Positions 27,703 through 37,801 of a DNA stretch of 48,870 nt are shown here, piece after piece. Made by a program: the position numbers and the translations under genes. The stretch is from a virus. Lineage: Duplodnaviria > Caudoviricetes. Location: IMG/VR virus record IMGVR_UViG_3300038674_000465, positions 1-48,870 of that record; one strand, written 5' to 3'. Position 1 is the stretch's first letter; every line of letters starts with the position of its first letter. A model generated the notes under the pieces. The model did not search any database. It had not been told where the DNA came from and saw only the letters and a list, made by a program, of their open reading frames with translations.

Positions 27703-29319
27703 TTATTGTAGACCTGCCATGGCTAAATACATCCTCTTAGCTAAGAGAAGATAAGCACATGAAAAGAAATAATGATCTGGTTTATTGCCATGTATCCATT
27801 CATAACGGTCTTTTTCTTCGTTATAAATTCTTACTGAACAGGTCATTTCATCATAAAAACCCGCTACATTCTTTATGTCGCTTGGTAAGATTAAATTCCT
27901 TAATAATATAGCTTCCTTTACCGCATCTAGAGCTGGTGTTCTCATAACTGAAATCGATTTACCATTAGCATCTACCGATAATTCCTTACTAGAAGCATTC
28001 ACTGTACACATAAATCCAACAAAATTAGTTACCAGCTTCTTAGAGAATCGCATCTCCGGATGGGCATCTATTACGAAACACTTAATATCAAACTTCCTGA
28101 ATAATGCTACTACATCTTCATATTCCTGTGGTTCTTCTGATGCATGAACCAATTTCAGCATTCCATTTGATAAAAGCTCTCCCACTGTAATATTCAGATT
28201 TGTTCCAACGTCAATCCCCATTACACAAGGACCACCAGTATACCCACTAGACATTTGATATTGGGCAATACACTGGTTCAACATTTCTATATCAATTTTA
28301 GCTCCCTTCGCAACAAAAGGAAGACCCAAATCTCCATTATATACCCTTGTCATAACGGTGTCATTAGACAATCCTTTGTTAAATCTTTCTAGGACTTCTG
28401 TTAATGTGTTATTAGAACTGAACATCTTGTTTATATGATAACCTGATATGAAACTCTTCCTCTCTGGAATCCATTCACCATCAGCAAATCTGTCAAAAGG
28501 TTTATTACAATGAGGACAAATCGGCATGGGATCTTTTAATCTGGTAATAAAGTTAGATGAATCCCAATCTTTGTCTAGGACTCTCCATCTTGTTTCATCT
28601 ACCTGAGCTACCACATGCTTGAGAAAATCAGGTACAATCCATTTATCACAGTTACTACACCTAATATGCCATTTTTTTAAATCAGATGCATCATAATCTT
28701 CACTGATTCCAAATTCAGGAATGGTGGGATTACTTACATAGATTTTTTTCTTATGAATTGCATGAGATAGACGCTCCTCTCCCATTACTACATTTCCCAT
28801 GTCACATCTATCTTTTTCATCCACAATATAAGTATCTGCAGGGAATTCTGTAAATGGATTAGGTGTATTTGATCCTGCGAAGGTAACAGCCCCTGTAGCA
28901 ATTCTCTTTAAACTAACAGACTCTGCTGATTTTTGACTACCTGCATTTTTTATCAATTGCTGATAATAAGAAGTGTATTGAACTGATGTATCAAATCGAT
29001 TTTGAACAAATCTGTTCTTTAGGTCATAAGTAGGTAGTACATAAAAAACTGATCTTCCTGCTTCACATTCAGTAAACGTAGTAACAATAAGCCACTCACT
29101 GATACCACATTGAGTAGATTTTTGTAAAGCCATTACATCAGACTCATCAGTATAAATATCTCTCAAATAGAGATGACCTCGTAAGGTCAATCTCTCATTT
29201 TTGTGGTTACGATGATGATTTATCATTAACCACAGTTTCTTATAATGAGATCTTAGAAATGAATTAGTCTGATGTATTTGTTGACTGTTGCTTCCTGAGT
29301 AATCCAAGCTCACTAGCAA
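27703..29319 (-). CDS. terL: terminase large subunit (lambda GpA-like ATPase)
   Basis: KSTQCGISE Walker A variant, IVDEKD Walker B, SNPT, two CxxC, MGIDVG nuclease, PDHY. Confidence 0.9.
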   Translation of the reverse strand: MLVSLDYSGSNSQQIHQTNSFLRSHYKKLWLMINHHRNHKNERLTLRGHLYLRDIYTDESDVMALQKSTQCGISEWLIVTTFTECEAGRSVFYVLPTYDLKNRFVQNRFDTSVQYTSYYQQLIKNAGSQKSAESVSLKRIATGAVTFAGSNTPNPFTEFPADTYIVDEKDRCDMGNVVMGEERLSHAIHKKKIYVSNPTIPEFGISEDYDASDLKKWHIRCSNCDKWIVPDFLKHVVAQVDETRWRVLDKDWDSSNFITRLKDPMPICPHCNKPFDRFADGEWIPERKSFISGYHINKMFSSNNTLTEVLERFNKGLSNDTVMTRVYNGDLGLPFVAKGAKIDIEMLNQCIAQYQMSSGYTGGPCVMGIDVGTNLNITVGELLSNGMLKLVHASEEPQEYEDVVALFRKFDIKCFVIDAHPEMRFSKKLVTNFVGFMCTVNASSKELSVDANGKSISVMRTPALDAVKEAILLRNLILPSDIKNVAGFYDEMTCSVRIYNEEKDRYEWIHGNKPDHYFFSCAYLLLAKRMYLAMAGLQ

Positions 29320-29887
29320 TCCTCTCTTCTTCTTCTTTGGGAAGACTAGATTCTATTCTGTTATCAACGATCTGTGTAGCTTTATCTGCCGACAACCTGA
29401 TGTTATAATGTACATTTTTCATTGCGTCTGAAGCATGCTTAAGTACACTGATAACATCTTTTATATCTGGCCGTTTTGAAGTTACTAGAACTTCATCCAT
29501 CTGATCAGAAATAACAGACAGAATCCTTTCTGAAGTAGCAAGGACCATTTCATCAAGTTCTACTACCCTTTGTGCAATGGATTCTGCTTTGGCTTTCTTT
29601 GCCTTATAAATAGCATCATCTACCATGCCATTATATTCTTCTAGAAACTTGGACCAATGATCAAATTGGTATTTATACCTCACTGTAGTGAATGGTATTC
29701 CATACTTCTGAGCCAAACCCATAAGGGTAATGTTGGTTGTTACCCATTCTTCCCTTAATGCTATCCAGTCCCTATCAGCATATTTACTGTTGTTCTCTGC
29801 TCTCTGTTTCGTGCTCCTAACTTGTTTTTTCTTAGGAGCTGAAGCCATATTATTCATTTTACCCTGAGTTCCTGCCATATTCTCCAC
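29264..29887 (-). CDS. terS: terminase small subunit (start codon uncertain)
   Basis: DWIALREEW...LAQKYGIPFTTV HTH; directly upstream of TerL. Confidence 0.75.
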   Translation of the reverse strand: MENMAGTQGKMNNMASAPKKKQVRSTKQRAENNSKYADRDWIALREEWVTTNITLMGLAQKYGIPFTTVRYKYQFDHWSKFLEEYNGMVDDAIYKAKKAKAESIAQRVVELDEMVLATSERILSVISDQMDEVLVTSKRPDIKDVISVLKHASDAMKNVHYNIRLSADKATQIVDNRIESSLPKEEEERIASELGLLRKQQSTNTSD

Positions 29888-29922
29888 CTTTAGGTATAGT
29901 CCATTCCTAAATAAAGTAGCGT

Positions 29923-30534
29923 TTATAGAGTAATAGGTATTGCTATCCTATTAAATGTTTTGGTCTTAGGATTAATTAGACCTCCCTGACTAAAAATAGT
30001 ATCTAATAGTCCTTTTGTTACCATAACGTCTTGTATACAGTATTCAACAACTTCTGTTCTTTTACCATCTTGCCAAAGAAAAGGTGCTTGTGCACCACTT
30101 ACTGTTTCTGATTTTCCAGTTCCTCCATTAGCTTTGGATACTGTATCAAGTCCATAACCTCCATGAGTTTTGGGATGAAATGTACCTGTTAATCCATTTG
30201 CATACCAAATCTGTTTCAGAATATCATAACATTTTGCATCATCAACCTTTATTCCATGTGCTCTAAGCAGGTTGTTATCAAACTTTAGGATATTAAACCC
30301 CACTATAACATCTGCTCTATCAAAGATAGATTGTACTTCTGTCAGAGCCTTGGAATCTGAAAAAGCCTCTTCCATTATCGTATGTGTCTTATCTTCCTCA
30401 TAGTCATAAATAACCAATGTAGCGATACCCATACCCTTATAATCTTCCCAGCCATCGGCGTATTGATATTTAGGGTCATTTCCTCTTACTGGTGATTTGA
30501 CAACTTCTATATCATAAACTATCATTGTATGCAC
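29923..30534 (-). CDS. DEDDy 3'-5' exonuclease (RNase H-like)
   Basis: ExoI YDIE, ExoII GFNILKFD, ExoIII YCIQD. Confidence 0.85.
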   Translation of the reverse strand: MHTMIVYDIEVVKSPVRGNDPKYQYADGWEDYKGMGIATLVIYDYEEDKTHTIMEEAFSDSKALTEVQSIFDRADVIVGFNILKFDNNLLRAHGIKVDDAKCYDILKQIWYANGLTGTFHPKTHGGYGLDTVSKANGGTGKSETVSGAQAPFLWQDGKRTEVVEYCIQDVMVTKGLLDTIFSQGGLINPKTKTFNRIAIPITL

Positions 30535-30959
30535 CTCTCCATAAAAGTATTGATCATGTCTACTACCTGTTTATGAGTGTTTTTAAATTCATCCCTATGG
30601 TAGTCTGCGATTAACAGATCAGCATTAAAATATATTGGTATATCTGAATTATAAGCTTCTATCAATTCAGTCCTTGTACCGGTGGATTCCAACCAATCTT
30701 TCAGAACCACTACTGCATCGCATCTCTTCATGATTTCTATATCTGCTGGTAATATGATCTTGTCTGTTTCAGGTGAATCTAAGAAACCTGAATTAGTGTG
30801 AGGACAGATATTTGGTACTCCAGCCTCCCACAACTTAATTGACAGATTCCTTGCTTTTTTGATATTTGATCTCTTAACAAAATAAGAACCTCTAAAAGGT
30901 CCTGCTATATATACCAGCTTCATTCTTTTATTCTCCATCTTCATTCCCTTCCTTTGCAT
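30522..30959 (-). CDS. DUF4406/DUF1937-like, nucleoside deoxyribosyltransferase-fold protein
   Basis: VYIAGPF, CPH, CDAVVVL..W..STGT..E. Confidence 0.75.
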   Translation of the reverse strand: MQRKGMKMENKRMKLVYIAGPFRGSYFVKRSNIKKARNLSIKLWEAGVPNICPHTNSGFLDSPETDKIILPADIEIMKRCDAVVVLKDWLESTGTRTELIEAYNSDIPIYFNADLLIADYHRDEFKNTHKQVVDMINTFMERCIQ

Positions 30960-31428
30960 ATGGCGAAACCATGAGAGCCATCAGTCTCTGTGCTGTTCCT
31001 TTGAGAACTTCATCACCATCATAGTTATAGTTCTTAAGATGATCAATCAATTTTCTTTTATCTCTGTCCTTTAATATTTTCTCACCTTCTTCTACTAAAA
31101 GATGATCCGATCTTAGACTCCATGTATTATCTACCAGCTGAACCCCGATGTTTCCATAATTCATTACATCAATGAATGTATCTCTGATGGATTCATAATT
31201 GATAGATTCACTGTCTCTAGATGGATGTGTGAGATTCAATAATCTTGATACTTTATCGAGAAGCCTTATCGCTACTCCATAAGTTCCAGTCATCTGAATG
31301 TTGTCACCTCTGTTTGATGTGTAGTCATCATTTTTTTCCACCATCAATTCCAGTCCTTCTTCAAAAACCCCTTCTGCTATCTGTGGTATCATGGTTCTAC
31401 TCCTATAAATCTTTTTATATCTGCCCAT
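30928..31428 (-). CDS. DUF1599 / nucleotide-modification-associated all-alpha protein
   Basis: KNDDY, IRLLDKVSRL, ESIRDTFIDVMNY. Confidence 0.8.
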   Translation of the reverse strand: MGRYKKIYRSRTMIPQIAEGVFEEGLELMVEKNDDYTSNRGDNIQMTGTYGVAIRLLDKVSRLLNLTHPSRDSESINYESIRDTFIDVMNYGNIGVQLVDNTWSLRSDHLLVEEGEKILKDRDKRKLIDHLKNYNYDGDEVLKGTAQRLMALMVSPYAKEGNEDGE

Positions 31429-31934
31429 TCGACAATTTTTACTGTTGTTGATTTAAACATTTGTTCATTTACTTTGCCTACCATTACTAATGTAATCATA
31501 TCAAAGATTGTTGTTCCTATTACTGTGGCTTTATCGCTCACAATGTACCGAATGGAATCATCTGTTATCATACCTGTTGACACGATTGCATCTAACATCA
31601 CTTTCTGTGTGTAATTTGATGAATCTCTTTCCCTATGATGTAAAAAATTCAAATACCATTCCAGTTCTATTTTATCAATAAAAATAGACTTGGATAATGA
31701 TATACCTTCTTCATTAAAGGATTTGATGTAGGTCTTTTTTAAACATGAGGCAAGGATCACATCGATTATTGCCTTATATTTTGCCTTTTCTGTAGCTACT
31801 TTACCGAAGTGCATCCTTTTATACTCATTTAATGACATAGCCCTAAATGGTAGAGCAACAAAAAATCCCTTGTCTTTTACTAATCCATATCCTATGAATG
31901 GAAGGACTGGATATTTATCATTCCTTGATGACAT
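31389..31934 (-). CDS. RusA-like Holliday junction resolvase
   Basis: SLNEY, RDSSN...K..LDA....G.I.DDS. Confidence 0.7.
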   Translation of the reverse strand: MSSRNDKYPVLPFIGYGLVKDKGFFVALPFRAMSLNEYKRMHFGKVATEKAKYKAIIDVILASCLKKTYIKSFNEEGISLSKSIFIDKIELEWYLNFLHHRERDSSNYTQKVMLDAIVSTGMITDDSIRYIVSDKATVIGTTIFDMITLVMVGKVNEQMFKSTTVKIVEWADIKRFIGVEP

Positions 31935-32253
31935 TATACCTCCTGCGTAGTATTTCCAGTTTCTCTACTGGAACAACTTCTTCTATTTCCCATTTACTAT
32001 CATGCTTGTCCTTATGACATTTACGACAGAGATCAATCAAATTATCCTGATCATCTCGACCACCGGCACTCTTTGGTATTACATGATGTCTTTCACAGTT
32101 ATCAATCTTCCCACATTTCATACATCTGAGTCTGGTAGTATTTGCTTTGTGTCTGAATCTGATATTATATCCATTTGTTACTTTGGTAACGGTGATCTGC
32201 TGGTAATCACCGATATCGAGTATTTCCTTAAGAGACTCCTCTATCTTGGGCAT
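31918..32253 (-). CDS. HNH endonuclease (probable start MPKIEE)
   Basis: CMKC...HHVIPKSAGG....NLIDLCRKCH. Confidence 0.85.
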   Translation of the reverse strand: MPKIEESLKEILDIGDYQQITVTKVTNGYNIRFRHKANTTRLRCMKCGKIDNCERHHVIPKSAGGRDDQDNLIDLCRKCHKDKHDSKWEIEEVVPVEKLEILRRRYNVIKE

Positions 32254-33172
32254 ACTCACAAAATTCCTTAACTGCACAGAACTTGGCACATTTCCTACCT
32301 GACCAGCATTCATCATCTGTACAACCAGATGCAGGTTTTCCATCTGCAAGAGCTTTTTCTAGTGCTTCCTTTTTCATGATAAAATAATCGACAATCTCTT
32401 TGTCATCTTTTTCTGGAATTGGAATTAGATACACTTTCTTATCAACTCCATAGGCAATGGCTGATGCCAAACCACCATCTCTAACTATAGCTTCTATTCT
32501 AAGCTCATGTACCTTGAAATCCGGATTTTCTTTTCTTTTTTTCTCTTCCAGACCAATTCTATAGTAATTCAACTGTTTTACCCAATCATCACAATCCTGC
32601 TTTTTGATATTGGCTTCCCATATTTTCTTGAACATTTTATCACCCTTTTCTCTGGTGATGGTAATTCCACTCTCCGGATCTGTGATAGTAGTCTTCTTCT
32701 GATAGAATTTATCTTGTTGTTCTACCAATCTGGCTGATATACCAACTGCCTTCTGTACTTTGAAAGCCCCAGATGTCTTATAATCTGTCAGTATAACCCA
32801 ACCATCTTCTTCCTCAAGAAGGTCTGCAGTCATACTAATTCCATGACTAGTGATCATAGAATTATCTTCTTCCATAGAAGAACCATCTACATCATCAAGT
32901 GATAACCTGTTATGTACTTTAGTACCAAGCAAGGCAAACATCTGATCCTGAGGATCAACTGCATAATCTTTTGTTATCTTGAGGAAAGCTTCACATGTTC
33001 CATTAATCAATTGTGTTGTTGATGGAACGCCTGTCCATGGTCTAGACTTAGAAAGTTGAACCAATGTCGCCAAAGTCAGACAGCGTTTACCCATTCGGCA
33101 TCCGCTTTTCTGTATACATTTATCAATTTCGATTCTCTGTCCATCAGGACAAATATAAAACTTCTGTGGCAT
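32228..33172 (-). CDS. Cas4-like PD-(D/E)xK exonuclease
   Basis: GTKVH, ADL...DYKT, QLNYY, C-terminal C...C.....C. Confidence 0.8.
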   Translation of the reverse strand: MPQKFYICPDGQRIEIDKCIQKSGCRMGKRCLTLATLVQLSKSRPWTGVPSTTQLINGTCEAFLKITKDYAVDPQDQMFALLGTKVHNRLSLDDVDGSSMEEDNSMITSHGISMTADLLEEEDGWVILTDYKTSGAFKVQKAVGISARLVEQQDKFYQKKTTITDPESGITITREKGDKMFKKIWEANIKKQDCDDWVKQLNYYRIGLEEKKRKENPDFKVHELRIEAIVRDGGLASAIAYGVDKKVYLIPIPEKDDKEIVDYFIMKKEALEKALADGKPASGCTDDECWSGRKCAKFCAVKEFCEYAQDRGVS

Positions 33173-33173
33173 A

Positions 33174-33350
33174 TTATTTATTCTCCTTTCCTTTGAGATT
33201 TTTCCTTAGAATGTTGACACATAACTTAAGTCTACCTATTAATGATAGACCCTCCATGTAATCAACCAATTGCTCCATTCCAGCTCTTTTAATTCTGTTT
33301 GTCTGGCGATTCACGATTCTCTTGATGTTCTTTACTTGCTTTTGTCCCAT
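33174..33350 (-). CDS. small basic hypothetical protein (58 aa)
   Basis: Not in track. AGGAGG RBS at 33355-33360; MGQKQVKNIKRIVNRQTNRIKRAGMEQL... Confidence 0.65.
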   Translation of the reverse strand: MGQKQVKNIKRIVNRQTNRIKRAGMEQLVDYMEGLSLIGRLKLCVNILRKNLKGKENK

Positions 33351-33373
33351 AAGACCTCCTTATATATGAAAGA

Positions 33374-33390
33374 AGGACACTAAGTGTCCT
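33374..33390. terminator. intergenic hairpin, possible terminator
   Basis: AGGACAC-TAA-GTGTCCT, followed on the minus strand by TCTTTC. Confidence 0.45.
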
Positions 33391-33404
33391 CCTCTCTTTT
33401 GTGT

Positions 33405-33572
33405 TCATTCTTCATGATCGGTCTGACTGGTTATTTTATCCATAACCTCTTTAGCGATCTTTTTCATTTTGTTTCTCCACATAATTGTCATAATTGTTAA
33501 TCGGATTATGTGTGTTGCAATGAATCCTATAGTCATTCCGATAAAAAATAATGCCACTTCTTTCCATTCCAT
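33405..33572 (-). CDS. small membrane protein (55 aa)
   Basis: Not in track. TAATG-coupled to the DUF932 gene; MEWKEVALFFIGMTIGFIATHIIRLTIM... Confidence 0.55.
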   Translation of the reverse strand: MEWKEVALFFIGMTIGFIATHIIRLTIMTIMWRNKMKKIAKEVMDKITSQTDHEE

Positions 33573-34366
33573 TATTTACCTCTCTTTAATCTTAAAAAGT
33601 CCTGCATAAGCATCCACAATTTTATATTGATGTTGAGATTTCTCTTAAATTCAGTTATTGGTGCTGAATTGTTAATGTAGATTTCTCTACCATTTGTACC
33701 TTGAACTGGTATTCCACCCTTTATAATATTTTCCTGTACTCTATTATATGTAGACCACAAACTATCATTATCATCTTCTTCACGTCTGGCATGAAGAATA
33801 TCAGGAATTTGGACTATTTTACCTATTTGATCCTTATTCCATCTAGTAAGGGCTGATTGGTAAGCAAAAGCACTTTGCTCATCTTTAGTCATCAAGATGT
33901 CCCTTGAATCTTTTACTGTACTAGCAGTTTCCTTAGCAAATCTAAATATAGCATCTATGGTCTGCTGTACATTTTTTAGGCTATATTCAACATGAATTGC
34001 CTTGAATGTTTCTATCATGTTTCCCATGACCAGTCCATTTGAACAGACTTTTACATCTAGACCTGCATGGAACTGCAATGATGACAATCTATTATGCCCA
34101 TTGCTCACTATGATATTTGGCATTACATTTCCCTTATCAAGAGTAAAATCAGGATGAGAAAATACCACCATGTGCCTCTGATATCCGGTATATACTTTAG
34201 ATCTTCCCTCTGATACCCTTGTTGGTAACCACCCCATAGAACCAAAATCCTCTATAATCTTGGTTGTAGGAACAAATACGTACTTTTCACTACATTTCTT
34301 ATGAGGCCGTGTTGCAAATACTGAAGGTGCTTTTTCCTTGATCTCTTCCATCGATAATACTTTCAT
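33572..34366 (-). CDS. DUF932-family protein
   Basis: APSVFA...SEKYVFVPT, VCSNGL, RREED...LWSTYNRVQENIIKGG. Confidence 0.9.
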   Translation of the reverse strand: MKVLSMEEIKEKAPSVFATRPHKKCSEKYVFVPTTKIIEDFGSMGWLPTRVSEGRSKVYTGYQRHMVVFSHPDFTLDKGNVMPNIIVSNGHNRLSSLQFHAGLDVKVCSNGLVMGNMIETFKAIHVEYSLKNVQQTIDAIFRFAKETASTVKDSRDILMTKDEQSAFAYQSALTRWNKDQIGKIVQIPDILHARREEDDNDSLWSTYNRVQENIIKGGIPVQGTNGREIYINNSAPITEFKRNLNINIKLWMLMQDFLRLKRGK

Positions 34367-34378
34367 TGTTGTCCTCCT

Positions 34379-37300
34379 TTATTGTTTCGATGATACTTCT
34401 TTATCGGACAACACGTCTGTAGAATTGAGGACTAGACCATTCCTATATTCAATCGTCATGGCACAATAATCACCCACTGATAACTTATTCTTGGTCCAAG
34501 CTTCTGGAAATGCCACTATCTCATATCTTCCATGTGAATAGTTATCACAAGTCAGAAAAGCCATCTTTTTTCCTGTCTTGGTATAAATTTCTCTTATATT
34601 ACTAACATATGCATAAATAGTGATTATCTTCTGAGTGTTTAATAATCTGATATCCTGAGATTCAAACATATCATGAGTGATCTTTCCTGATCTTCTATAT
34701 TGGTCCAATTCCATCTTGTATAATTCTTCTTTCTGTTTAATTCCAGCTCTTTCACAGAACAAATTTATCATCTCTGAATCTGTATTTATCATACTATTAA
34801 AAGCACCGGCACAATAGAGTGAAATAAGAGCTGTCTTATTGATGAGCTTTTTAGTTACTTTTTTGTTGAAATCAGCAAAATTCTCAAATCCCTCTCCTCT
34901 TGCTTCCAAGAGTCCATCTATAGTCTTACTACTTAAGTATTTTAGACCCATAAACCCTGATAATACCTGTCCATTTACCACTGTGTATCTAGCCTGACTA
35001 CCATTGATGTCTACTGGTAGTACCTTAATATTAAGCTTCTTTATTGCTGAAAGAAATGTGCCAACTTCGAAAGACTCATGAGAATTGTTAATACAAGCCG
35101 AATAATATTCTGCAGGGAAAAACCTTGCTAGGTATGCTGTTTCATAACATAATCTTGTATAAGACAAAGCATGACCGAAGTTCCATGTGTATTTACTAAA
35201 CTTGTCTATGATTTCCCATATTTCAATGGCAACCTGTTCTTTTTCTATTCCCATTCTTTCAATAAATATCTTCTTCTGCTTCTCAAGAAGTTCTGGTATT
35301 TTCTTGCCTATAGCCTTCCTAACATCATCTGCTTCTGCTAAAGAATAATTAGCTAATCGAACAAAAATAGACATGATCTGTTCCTGATACAATGGTAATT
35401 CATATGTATCTGGCATAAGTCCCTTTAATTCTGGCTGTAGAGGCTTGACTGCTTCATCTCCTTTCCTACGTTTAATATATTTGTCTGTTAAACCTGATAT
35501 AAGTGAAGCAGATCTACCCAATGTGTTTAAGTCAACAAGCTCTGCAAAATTCTGTGGTTGTACTCTTTTTATTACAGTCTTATAGTTGTGAGTGTCCCAT
35601 TGAAACACTCCTGCTATTTCACCTCTGTTGATAAAATCATAAACTTCTGTTTTTTTTAATGGAAGGAGCGATAGAAATTCAGTCTTTGTCGTGTTATATT
35701 GTTCCTTGACTCCTATCAAATCCAGACATTCATTCATAATCTGTAGAGTATTTAAACCAAGAATATCCAACTTCACCACACCCATGTAATCAAGCTGATC
35801 CTGATCATATTGTGATATTTCTCTATCATTCTGAATAAAAAATGGTATACGGTCTTCCATTGAAGAATTTGATAATGCTATACCTGATGCATGAACTCCA
35901 TAGGCTTTAGGAATTCCCTCAAGAGATTCTGCCTTTTTAAATATCTCCATGAAGACATGATTATTCATATTCTGCTTGTATATATCAGAATCTTTAACCA
36001 TATCAAGTGTCAATTGCTGATCATTTGGGAATGATTTTATTATGTTATCTATCTCTGGTGTTAGAAATCCTGTAATCCTTGCTACTTCTCGTACACTAGC
36101 TCTCACACCTAACGTCATAATAACAACTATGTTTTTTACCGAATTGTTACCATATTTATCCTTAATATATTGTATGATCTTAGGTCTATCATCAGGTAGA
36201 AAGTCCATATCAATATCTGGCATTACTTTCCTTCCTGAATTGAGGAATCGATCAAAAGGAATAGAACTGCCAAAGCCCTCTGGATGTACTGGATCAATTC
36301 TTGTAATTCCCAGTAAGAAAGCAACAAAGCATCCTCCAACACTACCTCTACCAGCTGAAATGTAACCACTCAATTCTCTGTTACAATAATCTATAATGTC
36401 TTTTACTATAAGAAAATAATCAACATATCCAAACTTCAAGATAGTATTAAGCTCATATTGTAACCGGTCTTTATATTCTTGGCTATTAACTCCTTTTTCT
36501 TCCATTTTTCTTTCTAACATGATCGTGAATTCTTCATCTGTCATGCCCATAGATGGCAAGATCATATCTGATCTATGTAATCCATAATCACCAATTCTAT
36601 CTGCAAACTGATAAAGATTCATAATATCATCATCTTCAAATCCCATATCATCCAATTCTTTTAATGATAGTACATGATTTGATACATGATATGGACATTC
36701 TTTCCCATCTTTATTGTTATTAATTGACCATGACATGATATATGAATCATAATCTTCTGTAGTCTTAAATACAGCTTTATTTGATGGTAATATTGGAATA
36801 TTTCTATCTTTACAGAATTTATGGATTGATGAATTTATGTCACATGACATAAGTTCAAGATAGACTCTACCCTTAAAGATTTCCAATATCTGGTCCATGA
36901 CTTTATTCGCCATTGGACTTTGAGCTTTTAAATGCATGGCTATATCGGATTCACTTGAATTGATCAAATATAATAGTCCTTCATTTCTCTCCTTGAGAAT
37001 CGTCCAATCTATCCTTGGTTTTTGATATAGACCCTTTAGATATGAATATGTTGATAGATTGACCAAGTTCTTATATCCAATCTCATTTACTGCTATCAAA
37101 CTGTTCCTATAATAGACTGTATTATACATCATCATTAGGTCTTCTGCTCTCTGACCCCAAGCAAATGCCATGTCTTGACCTATTATAGGTTTAATGTTGT
37201 TATCTACACATTTACGATAGAAATCTATTACAGCAAACATCCCAGAATCCATTAAAGATACAACACCAGTCTGCTTACCTATTTCTATAAGATCATCAAT

Positions 37301-37390
37301 TGATATAGTTGATTCTAGGCTTCCCTTAGCCGAATAAACATGTAAATTTAATATGTTAAATGTCATCATCATTCTCCTTTGGTGCATCAT
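34379..37390 (-). CDS. dnaE: DNA polymerase III alpha-like (family C) polymerase
   Basis: GRGSVGG, FDRFLN, PDIDMDF, HASG, KLDILGL, YQEQIM; degenerate PHP domain; C-terminal OB fold. Confidence 0.95.
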   Translation of the reverse strand: MMHQRRMMMTFNILNLHVYSAKGSLESTISIDDLIEIGKQTGVVSLMDSGMFAVIDFYRKCVDNNIKPIIGQDMAFAWGQRAEDLMMMYNTVYYRNSLIAVNEIGYKNLVNLSTYSYLKGLYQKPRIDWTILKERNEGLLYLINSSESDIAMHLKAQSPMANKVMDQILEIFKGRVYLELMSCDINSSIHKFCKDRNIPILPSNKAVFKTTEDYDSYIMSWSINNNKDGKECPYHVSNHVLSLKELDDMGFEDDDIMNLYQFADRIGDYGLHRSDMILPSMGMTDEEFTIMLERKMEEKGVNSQEYKDRLQYELNTILKFGYVDYFLIVKDIIDYCNRELSGYISAGRGSVGGCFVAFLLGITRIDPVHPEGFGSSIPFDRFLNSGRKVMPDIDMDFLPDDRPKIIQYIKDKYGNNSVKNIVVIMTLGVRASVREVARITGFLTPEIDNIIKSFPNDQQLTLDMVKDSDIYKQNMNNHVFMEIFKKAESLEGIPKAYGVHASGIALSNSSMEDRIPFFIQNDREISQYDQDQLDYMGVVKLDILGLNTLQIMNECLDLIGVKEQYNTTKTEFLSLLPLKKTEVYDFINRGEIAGVFQWDTHNYKTVIKRVQPQNFAELVDLNTLGRSASLISGLTDKYIKRRKGDEAVKPLQPELKGLMPDTYELPLYQEQIMSIFVRLANYSLAEADDVRKAIGKKIPELLEKQKKIFIERMGIEKEQVAIEIWEIIDKFSKYTWNFGHALSYTRLCYETAYLARFFPAEYYSACINNSHESFEVGTFLSAIKKLNIKVLPVDINGSQARYTVVNGQVLSGFMGLKYLSSKTIDGLLEARGEGFENFADFNKKVTKKLINKTALISLYCAGAFNSMINTDSEMINLFCERAGIKQKEELYKMELDQYRRSGKITHDMFESQDIRLLNTQKIITIYAYVSNIREIYTKTGKKMAFLTCDNYSHGRYEIVAFPEAWTKNKLSVGDYCAMTIEYRNGLVLNSTDVLSDKEVSSKQ

Positions 37391-37799
37391 TCATATGAAT
37401 GAATTTCTGATTATGTTTCACTGTTAGTTTTATGTATGAATTACTCCACTTTGTTATGTACATCTTCACCCACTTACTAAAAGGAGCTTGTGGCGGAATG
37501 CTATAAAACATTACTCTTCTATAGAATTCATTAAACATCATAGACTGCAGGTCATATAAATCTTCTTCATAAAGATATGTTTTATATTTATTATATGTCT
37601 TATATGAAATACCTATCAATAATTTTTTGTGTAGCTGGAAGATCAAACTAAAAATACGATCATTCTTTGTTAATTTGTATATGAGAATTAATGAATCTAT
37701 CTGTGTTTCTGATGTTTTACCATAGATACGAAAATGGGCAGTTACCTGCCCATAATAGTAATCAATCAATTCTTTATAATCATCCCCTAACTGTAACAC
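37356..37799 (-). CDS. sigma-70 region 2-like protein (no region 4)
   Basis: FSLIFQLHKKLLIGISYK...DLQS...FY...FSKWV resembles the region 2 pattern. Confidence 0.45.
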   Translation of the reverse strand: MLQLGDDYKELIDYYYGQVTAHFRIYGKTSETQIDSLILIYKLTKNDRIFSLIFQLHKKLLIGISYKTYNKYKTYLYEEDLYDLQSMMFNEFYRRVMFYSIPPQAPFSKWVKMYITKWSNSYIKLTVKHNQKFIHMNDAPKENDDDI

Positions 37800-37801
37800 T
37801 G

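Noticed and set aside
32228-33172. CRISPR-Cas association of the Cas4-like gene
   Set aside because: No repeat-spacer array or other cas gene seen; solo Cas4-like nucleases are common in phage replication modules
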